Shown piece after piece: positions 18,984 through 28,199 of a DNA stretch of 39,792 nt. A program made the translations under genes and the position numbers. Position 1 is the first letter of the stretch; every line of letters starts with the position of its first letter. The notes below the pieces were generated by a model. The model was given only the letters and a program-made list of their open reading frames with translations. It did no database searches and was not told the origin of the DNA. Source of the DNA: a virus. Taxonomy: Duplodnaviria; Caudoviricetes. The stretch covers positions 1 through 39,792 of IMG/VR virus record IMGVR_UViG_3300030095_003597. One strand, written 5' to 3'.

Positions 18984-20285
18984 CTACATTACCACATACT
19001 TGATATATAACTTTGCGTGGGACGTTGACTCTAGTCCTTCTGTGCCCCCAGCGCCGTCGGTTACCTTCAGTATGACGTTTTCTGCTGTGGGTAGTTTCTT
19101 TACCGTAGTAGCGGTAGCAAGCCCATTGCCGAAGCCAGCATCTTTTAAGTTAAGGACTCCAAGTGTAGTATTTGCATCAAAAGTAGGACCGCCACCGCCG
19201 CCAGAAGCAAGCGCAGTAATAGAGGCTTCATTCAATATAGCCGCACCAGCGAGAGAGAAGGTTGTGGTTGTACCGAGAGCAATTTCTATATTTGCCGCAG
19301 GGGACGAGTTGGTGGGGGTGAATACTCTTGTAATATCCAAGTAAGCGTTTGTAACTACTGAGCCTGATGGCAATGTGCCAAGTGTATAAGATACCCCACT
19401 TGCACTGCCAGGTTTTGCTACGCCTCCAACTAAGTCATAGACACCTATACGTTCTACCGAGCCCCAAGAACCCACAGAAGGAACGGTATTTGAAGCATCC
19501 AGAAGGTTAAGCTCAGGAGCGGTAGAAGTAACGTTCGAACTATTGAGAGAGAAAGTTCCCGCAACATCAACTGTTGGACCAGTCAAGGTAAGGACATTCG
19601 CTGAGGGAGAGTTAATCTGTGTTGCTGTATCTCTAAATTGGACTGGGCTATCTGTCGCCAAACGGAAGGAGTCGGTCGCCTGGTCAAAACGAGCAATCTC
19701 ACTAGCGCCGCCCGAGCCGAGTCTGAAAATAAGGGGGGCATTTTGCAGTAGGTCAATGTATGCGGTTGTTGCCTGGACATCGAATTTTAATTTGGTGTCT
19801 CCGCCGGGGTCGCCCATGTAGATTTGCCCACCATCAGCCTCAAGAAAGATGTCGCCGGCAGCGTCAATTACAATATTGCCCGATTCTCCCGATGCCAAAG
19901 TAGTGACGCTATCATCCGCAACTGTTAAGGTTGCAAAACTATCAGCGTCATAAGACCATTTCTGTTGAGTCGTTGTACTGAGAATCTCAATCTTAGAATC
20001 GGGGTCGGCGACGCCGATACCAACACGGTTATTTACATCGTCGTAGATTAGACCAGAAGCACCGCCGAAAGCGCCGCCGTTATTATATTGAATTTGTGTG
20101 TCAGAGCCACCAGGAGTGCCCCCACCACCAGCAGTAATAGAAGCTCCGTTAAGCTTTAGAGGACCACCGCTAATTTCGACACTACCAGTAAACTGATGTT
20201 TTTGACTGGCGTCATTCCCTGTTTTTGTGCTGTCCTCTACAATTGTTCTGGAGGGACTGAACCCATTTCCACCGCCGAAGCCCAT
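18984..20285 (-). CDS. Fibre-like / decoration structural protein
   Basis: Gly/Ser/Thr-rich, beta-rich; 'PGGSDTQIQYNNGGAFGG' and 'NNRVGIGV..P' segments are typical of phage fibre proteins. Confidence 0.55.
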   Translation of the reverse strand: MGFGGGNGFSPSRTIVEDSTKTGNDASQKHQFTGSVEISGGPLKLNGASITAGGGGTPGGSDTQIQYNNGGAFGGASGLIYDDVNNRVGIGVADPDSKIEILSTTTQQKWSYDADSFATLTVADDSVTTLASGESGNIVIDAAGDIFLEADGGQIYMGDPGGDTKLKFDVQATTAYIDLLQNAPLIFRLGSGGASEIARFDQATDSFRLATDSPVQFRDTATQINSPSANVLTLTGPTVDVAGTFSLNSSNVTSTAPELNLLDASNTVPSVGSWGSVERIGVYDLVGGVAKPGSASGVSYTLGTLPSGSVVTNAYLDITRVFTPTNSSPAANIEIALGTTTTFSLAGAAILNEASITALASGGGGGPTFDANTTLGVLNLKDAGFGNGLATATTVKKLPTAENVILKVTDGAGGTEGLESTSHAKLYIKYVVM

Positions 20286-20304
20286 TACTTATCCTCCGAA
20301 AATA

Positions 20305-20733
20305 TTATTTAGAAATACCAGGCAAGTCTGCCTGATTGTAATCGAAACCATTTGGAGGAATGATACTTGTCAATTCCGCAGTCATTTCAAAATCGGCATC
20401 GGCTCCAGGAGCACTCAAGTAAATGAATGCCGCCTTCACATTAAGTGTTACCGAAGAGTTTTTAGAGTCCAGAGTCACGAAGTGCTTCTTTGTGATTGTG
20501 TTTCCGGTGCCCGTAGAAGCAAAGTGTACTCTAATATCATCGCTCGCAGCGTCCTTATTGATAATGGTGATGCTTTTTGTTACGCAAGGAAATCCAATAA
20601 CTACTTCCGAACCGCCTGTAATAGTGCTTCCCGTAAGATAGGGAGTTCCCGAGGCTTGGTATTGACCCACGGAACCTAGCCCTGGCTGGTACTGTCCTCT
20701 ATAATAGTTTGTTGTATCAGGCGAAGTAGCCAT
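20305..20733 (-). CDS. Small beta-rich virion protein (putative head decoration)
   Basis: 142 aa, 'PGLGSVGQYQASGTPYLTGS'; in the head cluster; AGGAGGAG RBS. Function inferred from position only. Confidence 0.5.
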   Translation of the reverse strand: MATSPDTTNYYRGQYQPGLGSVGQYQASGTPYLTGSTITGGSEVVIGFPCVTKSITIINKDAASDDIRVHFASTGTGNTITKKHFVTLDSKNSSVTLNVKAAFIYLSAPGADADFEMTAELTSIIPPNGFDYNQADLPGISK

Positions 20734-21012
20734 CTATCTTCTCCTCCTCTTATAAGAATCTCTAGATGTAAATAGTTCATCTCTTTTCTTATTGACTTTT
20801 TGGATTACTCTTTTCTTTTGTCGTTTTTTTTCTGCTCGAACAACGGTAGGCTTTACAAAGTGGCTGCGGGTGCGCAGTTCTTCCATCAAGCCTTCTTTCT
20901 TTACCTTCTTCGAAAACTTCCTCACCATCTTGTCGGCATTGCCTCCGCACTCAGCAGCAGTGACAGTGATTTGAGGGCTCAAGTACTCTTTATTACCTCG
21001 GTTGGTTCTCAT
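20734..21012 (-). CDS. rpsU: Phage-encoded 30S ribosomal protein bS21
   Basis: From ATG 21012 (92 aa): 'ITV...NADKMVRKFSKKVKKEGLMEELRTRSHFVKPTVVRAEKKRQKKR' matches the bS21 pattern (E/D-x-x-LRRFKR...G...E-x-R-x-R-x-x-Y/F-x-KP). Confidence 0.85.
   Translation of the reverse strand: MRTNRGNKEYLSPQITVTAAECGGNADKMVRKFSKKVKKEGLMEELRTRSHFVKPTVVRAEKKRQKKRVIQKVNKKRDELFTSRDSYKRRRR
20769..20776 (-). promoter_or_regulatory. Putative late promoter (ACTATTTA) inside the 3' end of bS21
   Basis: Exact motif about 36 nt upstream of the 20733 start, the same spacing as the intergenic copies. Confidence 0.5.
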
Positions 21013-21013
21013 T

Positions 21014-21403
21014 TTATTCCTTTCCAGCCGCAATGCGACCCCAGGCACCAAAGCCCGGCAAATTGTTAATATCAATACCTGGGTCGTGAGGGTTGACCCC
21101 TCCCAGTGCACCCTGACCATTACCCTCCGGGATAGGTCGAGTATTTTCGAAAAGCTCAGGGTTCTTGAACTTCTTCTTCACATCGTCATAGGAGTTCGAA
21201 CCGATAGCAGTTAAGACTTGTCGCTTTGTCTCAGATAATGCTTTAGAGTGGGAGGGAGTCTTCCGGGGAGACGGGGTAGGAGCGTCAACAATAGGTGCCA
21301 CACCCTGAACTACTTCCGAAATGATGCCCGACAACATTCCGTCTTCAAACATTACCTCTCTAACGCATTCTTTGATAATATTTTTTAATTCTCTTTTTTT
21401 CAT
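21014..21403 (-). CDS. Hypothetical protein with 'MKKRELKNIIKEC' leader
   Basis: 129 aa; N-terminus resembles the MKITK-type leader; directly after the protease gene. Confidence 0.75.
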   Translation of the reverse strand: MKKRELKNIIKECVREVMFEDGMLSGIISEVVQGVAPIVDAPTPSPRKTPSHSKALSETKRQVLTAIGSNSYDDVKKKFKNPELFENTRPIPEGNGQGALGGVNPHDPGIDINNLPGFGAWGRIAAGKE

Positions 21404-21412
21404 GAAACCTCT

Positions 21413-22018
21413 CTATTCTGTGTCAGTTGATAAGAAATCGTTTAATGCACGATTAATTTTGTCAGATTTTGTTAAGTTAGTTTTGATTCGTTGCCCCTCA
21501 GCCACTAAGAAAGCTCCGGTGGTACTTGGCTCAGAAACCAAATCAAAACATAAAAGTTGGAAGTCATCCTCTACCATAGTGGTGCCTCCCTCTTGTCGAG
21601 TAGAACCAAGACCACGACTAGAGATACCCAATTGGACACCGCCTTCTACTAGCTGCTTAGCAATCTGTCCGGCTGGAGTGTTAAGAATCTTCATCTTGCC
21701 CATAACATCGTCGCCCTTCCACCACACCTCAGTGATAACGTGACTAGCGTTCTTGAGTTCCACTACAGAACTATCTGGGTGGTCTAGTTCTCCGATGGCT
21801 CGCCCTTCACGGACAAGCTTTTCGTAATTCTTCATTTCTCTTTCGAGGATAGGCTTAGGGTAAATCCTGCCGTTGCCATTCTTTTTCCCGGCAGCCTGTA
21901 TTTTGCCTGCCACGATAAGATGATGACCTTGACGATTACCTTCACGTTCTTCTTCCGTCAGAAGGTCGTCGCTATAGTCTAAGTTCATAAACTCTTGCAG
22001 TACATATTTTTTAGTCAT
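21413..22018 (-). CDS. gp21: Prohead core protease (T4 gp21-like)
   Basis: 'NGNGRIYP', 'GELDHP', 'SHVI', 'LNTPAG', 'GISSRGLG', 'FDLVSEPS'. Confidence 0.95.
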   Translation of the reverse strand: MTKKYVLQEFMNLDYSDDLLTEEEREGNRQGHHLIVAGKIQAAGKKNGNGRIYPKPILEREMKNYEKLVREGRAIGELDHPDSSVVELKNASHVITEVWWKGDDVMGKMKILNTPAGQIAKQLVEGGVQLGISSRGLGSTRQEGGTTMVEDDFQLLCFDLVSEPSTTGAFLVAEGQRIKTNLTKSDKINRALNDFLSTDTE

Positions 22019-22133
22019 TTCTATCTCCTTTTAGTGCGGGCGCTACCCGCACGGTACAGCTACCCCTGCAACAATTGGTTACTGGTCTGAGCATCCATTT
22101 TTGCGTCCACGTCCCTTTTCGTTCGGTATTCAA
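22011..22133 (-). CDS. Unannotated Cys-rich 40-aa peptide overlapping both neighbours
   Basis: GGAGGG 7 nt before TTG 22133 (in-frame ATG also at 22148). Reads MNTERKGTWTQKWMLRPVTNCCRGSCTVRVAPALKGDRND*; stop overlaps the protease start region (ATGACTAA). Confidence 0.45.
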   Translation of the reverse strand: MNTERKGTWTQKWMLRPVTNCCRGSCTVRVAPALKGDRND

Positions 22134-22404
22134 TTTGAAGCCCTCCATCTGATATGAGCATACATAACGCATAAGAAGTTCCAGAAGATAACCAACCTAA
22201 CACCAGGGCGTTTATCAAAGAAACTTCAAATGTAAATAGTTCTGTAAATGGGTTTAGGAGCATAAGAAGTACTCCTACCCAAAAGCCCACGCACATAGGA
22301 CAGTGAAAAAAAGAATGAGATGGGCGGAACCTTGACATCAAAGTAGAGTATACTAAAATTTGTGTCAAGCCATAACAGGCAAGAATAAAATATACTAGTG
22401 ACAT
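22060..22404 (-). CDS. Small membrane protein with CxxC (DUF1360-like)
   Basis: Three hydrophobic segments and 'FHCPMCVGFWVG'. Confidence 0.65.
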   Translation of the reverse strand: MSLVYFILACYGLTQILVYSTLMSRFRPSHSFFHCPMCVGFWVGVLLMLLNPFTELFTFEVSLINALVLGWLSSGTSYALCMLISDGGLQIEYRTKRDVDAKMDAQTSNQLLQG

Positions 22405-22410
22405 AAAATT

Positions 22411-22971
22411 CTAATAAAAATATCCATACCCGGCAAAGGTATAAGTTGGGTCGCCAACCTGGTTGCCCGCTGGGGTATCCTGATAGGGAGGAATCTTTCC
22501 GTAAGGAGTTGTTTCATCAGCAGGAGGGTCAGCAAAGTTATCCTCAATGTTATCATCATATTTTTCGAACACTTCTTCTTCATGTCGTGTCTTGATGATA
22601 AATCTTTCTATAATATAGAGAACGGACTGTAAAGAGTCCACATCTGAACTTTCAGGATATTTAGTCTCAACAATTCCAAACATTGAGCCACCCTGTGGTG
22701 TCATTGCCGAAGTAACACCTCCTTTGAAAAGAGAGTACATTAAGTCTTGTTGATATTCAAACACGTCCTTATCCACATAGGGCTTAGGAATCGTCATTAT
22801 TGTTTTCGTCGAAGGGACAATAACAATATCAATATATTGATGGTCGTTTATTAATAGGTTTCCATCCAGAGTTTTGCTGACCTCAAGAGCTATTGTAGCC
22901 TGCGGCTCCTTGGGTGCCTCAGCAACACTAGAGCCAGTGGATGGGGAAGATATTTTAAGTTTGATTGGCAT
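22411..22971 (-). CDS. Hypothetical protein
   Basis: 186 aa, overlaps the upstream gene end; fits operon packing. Confidence 0.75.
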   Translation of the reverse strand: MPIKLKISSPSTGSSVAEAPKEPQATIALEVSKTLDGNLLINDHQYIDIVIVPSTKTIMTIPKPYVDKDVFEYQQDLMYSLFKGGVTSAMTPQGGSMFGIVETKYPESSDVDSLQSVLYIIERFIIKTRHEEEVFEKYDDNIEDNFADPPADETTPYGKIPPYQDTPAGNQVGDPTYTFAGYGYFY

Positions 22972-23785
22972 CTTTTCTATACTCTCTAACTAAATCTTGA
23001 AGCTTTAGTAACTTTAAAATATCTTTTTCACCTAAGTTGTTGACGTGAAGATTATCAATATATTCTAAGACTTTTTTAGTGCTCTGAACCATCTCTTCAT
23101 CCTCTACAACCTCAGGAAGACTGAAAGATTCCTCTACTAAGTCTCGAATTCTTTTCGCCTCAGATATAAAGAACACCTTAAAGTCTGTTTGAGATTCATC
23201 CAAGGAAGTAATATAGGTGCCTAAAAGCTTTTGTTGCTCTTCGTGTAGCGAAGAATATTTCTCATTGAATTTATTAGAGAAGCTCCTCATAACAAGCTCG
23301 TCCACTGGTTTCATCTCTTGTTTTTCTTCTTTGGAAGAAATAAGAGTTTCAATAACTTTTTTCTCCAAGAGTACCCTTGTCTTTATCGCAACCTTTTCGT
23401 TAAACAACTGAGCTACCGTTGCATACGCTCTATAGTTGGGGACAAAATTTTGGTATACTTGGGAGCCGAGGGTGGCGTTGATTTCCCTAATCACCAGAGA
23501 CTGCGCTCTGAAGACCTCATCTTTCTGGAGTTCCGAATGGGCTTTCTTAACTGTAAACAATAGCTTCTCGGCAGTGTAAGGGTCCAGCGATGACTCCTCG
23601 CACAATGTTTTAAAGCACTCCAGTTCGATACCCAGGGCGGAACCAGCGGCAAAGTGTTCTTTCAAGATAGTTTTAATTGTGTTTGTTCTTTTTTGGTTTT
23701 TTTCGACAATAGACTTGGTAAGCTCTCGCACCAAAGCCTCAAACAAAAAAACTGTATTTCTTTTTTTATTGTGCCGTTTTTTCAT
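22955..23785 (-). CDS. Hypothetical protein of the head module
   Basis: 276 aa helical protein 'MKKRHNKKRNTVFLFEALVRE' directly downstream of the portal. Confidence 0.8.
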   Translation of the reverse strand: MKKRHNKKRNTVFLFEALVRELTKSIVEKNQKRTNTIKTILKEHFAAGSALGIELECFKTLCEESSLDPYTAEKLLFTVKKAHSELQKDEVFRAQSLVIREINATLGSQVYQNFVPNYRAYATVAQLFNEKVAIKTRVLLEKKVIETLISSKEEKQEMKPVDELVMRSFSNKFNEKYSSLHEEQQKLLGTYITSLDESQTDFKVFFISEAKRIRDLVEESFSLPEVVEDEEMVQSTKKVLEYIDNLHVNNLGEKDILKLLKLQDLVREYRKDANQT

Positions 23786-25676
23786 CTTTTTCTTCCAATT
23801 GTTTAATCAGTTTTTGAATCTCTATTTGGGCTTCGGAGAGTATTTTCTCGTCATCCTTCACGGCGGCTTCACCGACAACTCCACGAGACAATGGTCCCAT
23901 CTCACCACTCCACCCCTTAAATAGGTTTCTTCTTGAGCTAGAAGCCGTATTACTTCCTACGCTAGACAAATAGCTTCTCTTGCGGGCTCCCTGTTTCCAG
24001 GCTGGGTCAGTAACTGGTTGATACCAATCATCACGAGAAGCTGGCTCAGCTAGGAGGGCTCCTTCGTCTTCAGGGGCGGCTTCGTCACCTGCCGGTGTTT
24101 CAGCAGCCGCAGCATCTTCACCGGGTTCGCCAGGGGTCACCTCATCGCCTACTATGTCCGTCGTGTCCGCCGGAGCGGCGGCTGATGCCTGCTCCGCAGC
24201 GGCTGTGCCAGCAGCCTCTAGTGTCGAATTCAGTTTAGAATCACCATATCTTTCTATTTCAATCCTGTCTATTTCGCCTTGGTCAATCTTAAAGATATTC
24301 TCGTAAACCCAACGTTTAGAGAAATAGCCGTCTGTAGCTGCGCCAGCAATGTCAAACTTCGTCCTGAGGTGCTCAAGCTCCTGGAGTTCCGCAATCTTAG
24401 ATGGGTTATTCAAATGCAGGGAAAAAGACAGCAAGTCCTTATCTCGGAACCCTAAAGTATAAAGATGGATGATACACATCTTTTCTAACTCAGAGACAAT
24501 CACTCGTTGAAGTCTTTGGATGGTGCGAGCAAACCGGACGTCTTTCTGGGACAAGGTTGTCTTATCCTCCATAGCATCGGATTGAGCCAAGTAAGCCTTG
24601 GGGACCTTGAGGGCAGAGAATAACTTATCCCGCAAGTATTGCACATCCTCAATATCTCCAGTAAATTGACCGCCAGCCAAAGTTTCAATACGAGTGTTGT
24701 TGGCTGCACCACGGACGGGAATATAAAAATCCTCGTCAATACTCATAGCATTGTATCTTAGGTCTACTCGCCCTGAGTCGGCATCAACAACTTGATTGCG
24801 CTTCATTTGTGTTTTTACTTGTTCTACATATTGTTCCACATCTTCAGCAGGGATATTTCCCACGTCAATATAAAAAACACGGCGCTCGGGGGAGCGAACA
24901 ATTCGGTAAGCCATCATGGCATCTTCTAAGAGAGTTAACTGTCTCCAAATGCGGCGAGCAGGCTCAAGCACCGATGTTCCGTAGGGAACATACTTATCGC
25001 TTCCAACGATGCGAAAGTGGGAAACCTGCCAGTTTTCAAAAGTAACACCCGTGTTACCTTCGGCATTTAGCCAATAAAATTGTACATAATTGGGATTAGT
25101 GGGGTCAGTACCCTCAATGCGCTCCATCTCTCTGACAGGCAGAGGAATAACATTTGTTATACCAAGCTTGTCATCAATGTCAAGATATAAATAATAGTCC
25201 CCATACTTACAAGTACTACGAGCCCAACCGAAAAGATTAGCGTCTACATTCAGGACACTATAAAGAAGAACCTCTAGTATATTTCTAATCTCCCGATTAT
25301 GACAGTCTACTCCCACAATAGGATTAAACAAAGTAGATGTAGTAATTTCATCGGCATAAATATCTAATGCAGAAGCAATTTCAGGTGTATATTCCATCTG
25401 TTCAAAGTCAGTATAACGAACCTGTTTGTTTCTGTCCTGGAGAACCTGATTGGTCTGAGAACTGAAAGGATTGTGATACTCTCTTTTTTTGAACTCTTTA
25501 CCTGTGCTAGAAGTAAAGGTATACTTTTTTACATCTCTTCGAGTGCCTCGGATAACCGCAGGACGGTCGTAGTTTACGATAGGACCACTAAAGAGGCGAG
25601 TCAACCTTCGAAACAACGGTGATTGGTTATTCCGTGGATTATCTTTATTATTGTTGTTAGAATTATTATCTGCCAT
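23766..25676 (-). CDS. gp20: Portal protein (T4 gp20-like)
   Basis: 'PEIASALDIYADE', 'LLEDAMMAYRIVRSPERRVFYIDVGNIP', 'EDFYIPVRG', 'IEDVQYLRDKLFSALKVP'; acidic Ala/Pro-rich tail. Confidence 0.95.
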   Translation of the reverse strand: MADNNSNNNNKDNPRNNQSPLFRRLTRLFSGPIVNYDRPAVIRGTRRDVKKYTFTSSTGKEFKKREYHNPFSSQTNQVLQDRNKQVRYTDFEQMEYTPEIASALDIYADEITTSTLFNPIVGVDCHNREIRNILEVLLYSVLNVDANLFGWARSTCKYGDYYLYLDIDDKLGITNVIPLPVREMERIEGTDPTNPNYVQFYWLNAEGNTGVTFENWQVSHFRIVGSDKYVPYGTSVLEPARRIWRQLTLLEDAMMAYRIVRSPERRVFYIDVGNIPAEDVEQYVEQVKTQMKRNQVVDADSGRVDLRYNAMSIDEDFYIPVRGAANNTRIETLAGGQFTGDIEDVQYLRDKLFSALKVPKAYLAQSDAMEDKTTLSQKDVRFARTIQRLQRVIVSELEKMCIIHLYTLGFRDKDLLSFSLHLNNPSKIAELQELEHLRTKFDIAGAATDGYFSKRWVYENIFKIDQGEIDRIEIERYGDSKLNSTLEAAGTAAAEQASAAAPADTTDIVGDEVTPGEPGEDAAAAETPAGDEAAPEDEGALLAEPASRDDWYQPVTDPAWKQGARKRSYLSSVGSNTASSSRRNLFKGWSGEMGPLSRGVVGEAAVKDDEKILSEAQIEIQKLIKQLEEKDEKTAQ

Positions 25677-25679
25677 TTT

Positions 25680-27245
25680 TTATCCTTTTATTATCCACGA
25701 ATAGTCCGGTTGTCCAGTGCCATACATATTTGACCTGGGGCTTCGTGGCTTATATCCCTGTTGTCCTTCGATTGTTGTATTCAATGTTTTATTGGAAACT
25801 GTGATTGAAGCCAATAATGCCTTTTGATATTGTACATCTCTTTTGTTAACTGTTAAAGCTGTTTCTCGAACCCAGCAACCAATACAAGCAGCAATAACCA
25901 AATCATCGTTATAACTACGCATAGCTTGGGGTCTGCCATTGTGCCATACAAATGTTTTAATTTCGTTTGCCAACCTCCGTGAATTAATGTTAATTAGTTT
26001 ATTCCTCACGAATTCTTCAAACTTAGCAATAACTAGTGGTCGAGTTTTCATTGACATAGTAAACCCAACAACTGCTCCAACTGACTGAGCGGTGACTTCA
26101 TCCACATACTCGTGGGTGGACTTCATACTATAATAGAGGTTACTATACTCCATATCTTGAAGCCGACTAAGAACCCCTATTCCAAGCGAATTATTTTCAG
26201 CTATCAACAGGGCAGTATTGTATTCTTTTGCCATAGTGTAAAGAAGTGGCGCAAACATATCCGGAGTTATTTTTCCTTGGTATTCCGCTACCTGAGTCAT
26301 TGTTTCTGTGTCAAAAATATGAGCGACCGAAAAATCAGAACCATCCCCTCGGGCAACGTCAGCTACTAGGATATAATCTTTGCCCTCTTTTGGCTCTTCC
26401 CAAATCCAATAGTTTCTATCAAACCCTGTCCTTCTTGAGGGCTCTGAAATATTTTTTAGTATCTTTGTAAGGTCGTCACCATGAACCACAGTTTCGCCAG
26501 AGGCATTAAAATTGCACTCTAGCTCTTGTGCAATCTCTCGGCGAGACATGTTATTTGTTTCTTTCTCAAACCATTCTTGGTCACGCTCGGGGTGAACTTC
26601 CCAAGGTAATTTTATGGTATGAAAATTATTCTTATTTTCTTCCGCTTCGGTATAGGTTTTATGAAACCAATTGCCGACGCCATTAGGGGTGGATAGTGCT
26701 ATGCAGCGCCCACCAGTAGACAAAGTAGGATAAAGACCAGCCCACAATTCTTCCATTCCATCTACAAATGCTGCTTCATCCACAACCAATAAAGACAAAG
26801 CCTCGGAGCGACCAGCGTCTCCAGAGGTAGAGGATGCTTTTACTTGAGAGCCATTTGTCAATTCAAATGACGTTCGATTATCAATTGATATACTAGCTAT
26901 CTTTAGCCAGCTAGGCAAATTCTTGTGAATAGCTTTTATTTTTTTCACCAGATTTGTTGCAGTAGCAAGCTTTGTGGCTACAACGAGAACGTTCTTGTCT
27001 CGATGAAACAACATTAGCCAACACACATACGCAGCGACCGTAGTTGAGATTCCCAACTGACGGGCTTTGAGAATGACGTTAAACCTATGGTCCTTGAAGT
27101 CTACTAAAGTATCTTTTTGAAAATCATATAACTCAAAAGGAATTAAGCCTTTGAGTGGGTGAGAAATCCGAGCATAATTAATGCAAAAGTAAGAAGGGTC
27201 TTTACCACAGCGAACAATCTCCGCCATTTGCTCCTTCTTTTGCAA
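25680..27245 (-). CDS. gp17: Terminase large subunit (T4 gp17-like)
   Basis: Walker A 'KARQLGIST', Walker B 'LLVVDEAAF', 'STPNG', nuclease motifs 'ADVARGDGSDFS' and 'DDLVIA'. Start is TTG 27245 or ATG 27227. Confidence 0.95.
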   Translation of the reverse strand: MQKKEQMAEIVRCGKDPSYFCINYARISHPLKGLIPFELYDFQKDTLVDFKDHRFNVILKARQLGISTTVAAYVCWLMLFHRDKNVLVVATKLATATNLVKKIKAIHKNLPSWLKIASISIDNRTSFELTNGSQVKASSTSGDAGRSEALSLLVVDEAAFVDGMEELWAGLYPTLSTGGRCIALSTPNGVGNWFHKTYTEAEENKNNFHTIKLPWEVHPERDQEWFEKETNNMSRREIAQELECNFNASGETVVHGDDLTKILKNISEPSRRTGFDRNYWIWEEPKEGKDYILVADVARGDGSDFSVAHIFDTETMTQVAEYQGKITPDMFAPLLYTMAKEYNTALLIAENNSLGIGVLSRLQDMEYSNLYYSMKSTHEYVDEVTAQSVGAVVGFTMSMKTRPLVIAKFEEFVRNKLININSRRLANEIKTFVWHNGRPQAMRSYNDDLVIAACIGCWVRETALTVNKRDVQYQKALLASITVSNKTLNTTIEGQQGYKPRSPRSNMYGTGQPDYSWIIKG

Positions 27246-27250
27246 GACTA

Positions 27251-27823
27251 TTACCCTTCCGGGGTTTCAGGATTTGGCTTTGAGGTATCGTTGCTTGGGC
27301 GCTTGTCCGTCGATAGTTCTAGAAAATCCTTGAACTTCTTCTCGTAACCATCCTGTCGGCGGTCTTTATCTCTCTCGGAGGTCATACCTAGAGACTCTAC
27401 GCCATCAAATCCACCTACATAGTATTGCTTGTGTGCCTGGACCCAAGTATGAATACGGGAGGTGGTTTGAACAATAATTTCTGCATCCGAGTCGGGGGTC
27501 AGTGTGACGCTGCTTTTCGTAATGTTCTTGTATTCTTTCTTAAGAAATTTGATGATTTCAGCAAGGCGTTGTTCAATCTCATTCTCAAATTTTCCACGAG
27601 GATGAAGCTCCTCCAGGCGCATCTCACCTTGGTAAGTAAGTATCATTTTAGGACCTGCAAATCGGACCTTAAAGCCATCCATTATTCGGGTATCCAGGAT
27701 AGGGTTCCCTTCTTCCCGCTTTAGACCAACAGATAGAGCTTCTCCATCTTTATCATAGGCACCATCGTATGCATTCGCTGCTGCTTGATTGAGACCCTTA
27801 ATTACATCTAAGACACTAGCCAT
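27251..27823 (-). CDS. Hypothetical protein upstream of terminase
   Basis: 190 aa, AGGAG RBS, overlaps the upstream gene. Confidence 0.8.
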   Translation of the reverse strand: MASVLDVIKGLNQAAANAYDGAYDKDGEALSVGLKREEGNPILDTRIMDGFKVRFAGPKMILTYQGEMRLEELHPRGKFENEIEQRLAEIIKFLKKEYKNITKSSVTLTPDSDAEIIVQTTSRIHTWVQAHKQYYVGGFDGVESLGMTSERDKDRRQDGYEKKFKDFLELSTDKRPSNDTSKPNPETPEG

Positions 27824-28199
27824 TTTTTCTTCTCCTTATGCGAAGCTGTACTTCTTCGTCAGTTGGGCGGTAGCCGCTCTTCCATCTATCTTCTCGGGCA
27901 ATAACGTGCTCAAGATAGCACTGAAAACAGCACTGATACCTAATCATATATAGGTCGTCTTTAGATGAAAATGAATATGTTTTACAAACAGGACATGTTC
28001 TGCTGACTGTTGGGTCAGTCTTTTTGGTCGCAGGGATTAAAATATCTTTTGTTTTATTTCTCTTCTTGAGAGATGAGAGGTAGTCTTTTTCTTTTTCCTC
28101 GGACCACTCAGAGCGAAAATCCTGAACTGTTTCTTTTCCATACTTAGCAGCTATGGCTTTCTCTACAGAAGCGATATAATTAGTATCTTTTTTAGTCAT
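27816..28199 (-). CDS. Putative zinc-finger protein
   Basis: 'CPVC...CCFQC'; TAATG coupling with the upstream gene. Confidence 0.7.
   Translation of the reverse strand: MTKKDTNYIASVEKAIAAKYGKETVQDFRSEWSEEKEKDYLSSLKKRNKTKDILIPATKKTDPTVSRTCPVCKTYSFSSKDDLYMIRYQCCFQCYLEHVIAREDRWKSGYRPTDEEVQLRIRRRKNG

Noticed and set aside
21013-21120. N-terminal 36-aa extension of the bS21 ORF as called in the track
   Set aside because: It overlaps the upstream gene almost entirely; ATG 21012 directly after that gene's stop is the more plausible start.
22034-22062. Hairpin after a TAG stop as a terminator, SECIS or readthrough signal
   Set aside because: No U-tract follows, there is no in-frame TGA before it, and TAG terminates other genes normally. 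Kept only as an unexplained structure.
25680-27245. Intein or intron in terminase, portal or capsid genes
   Set aside because: Terminase and portal are of ordinary length with contiguous motifs; the capsid and sheath inserts show no intein splice-junction or homing endonuclease motifs.
25991-28184. Intragenic ACTAATTA copies at 25991 and 28177
   Set aside because: They are far from any downstream start codon and are plausible chance matches in AT-rich coding sequence.
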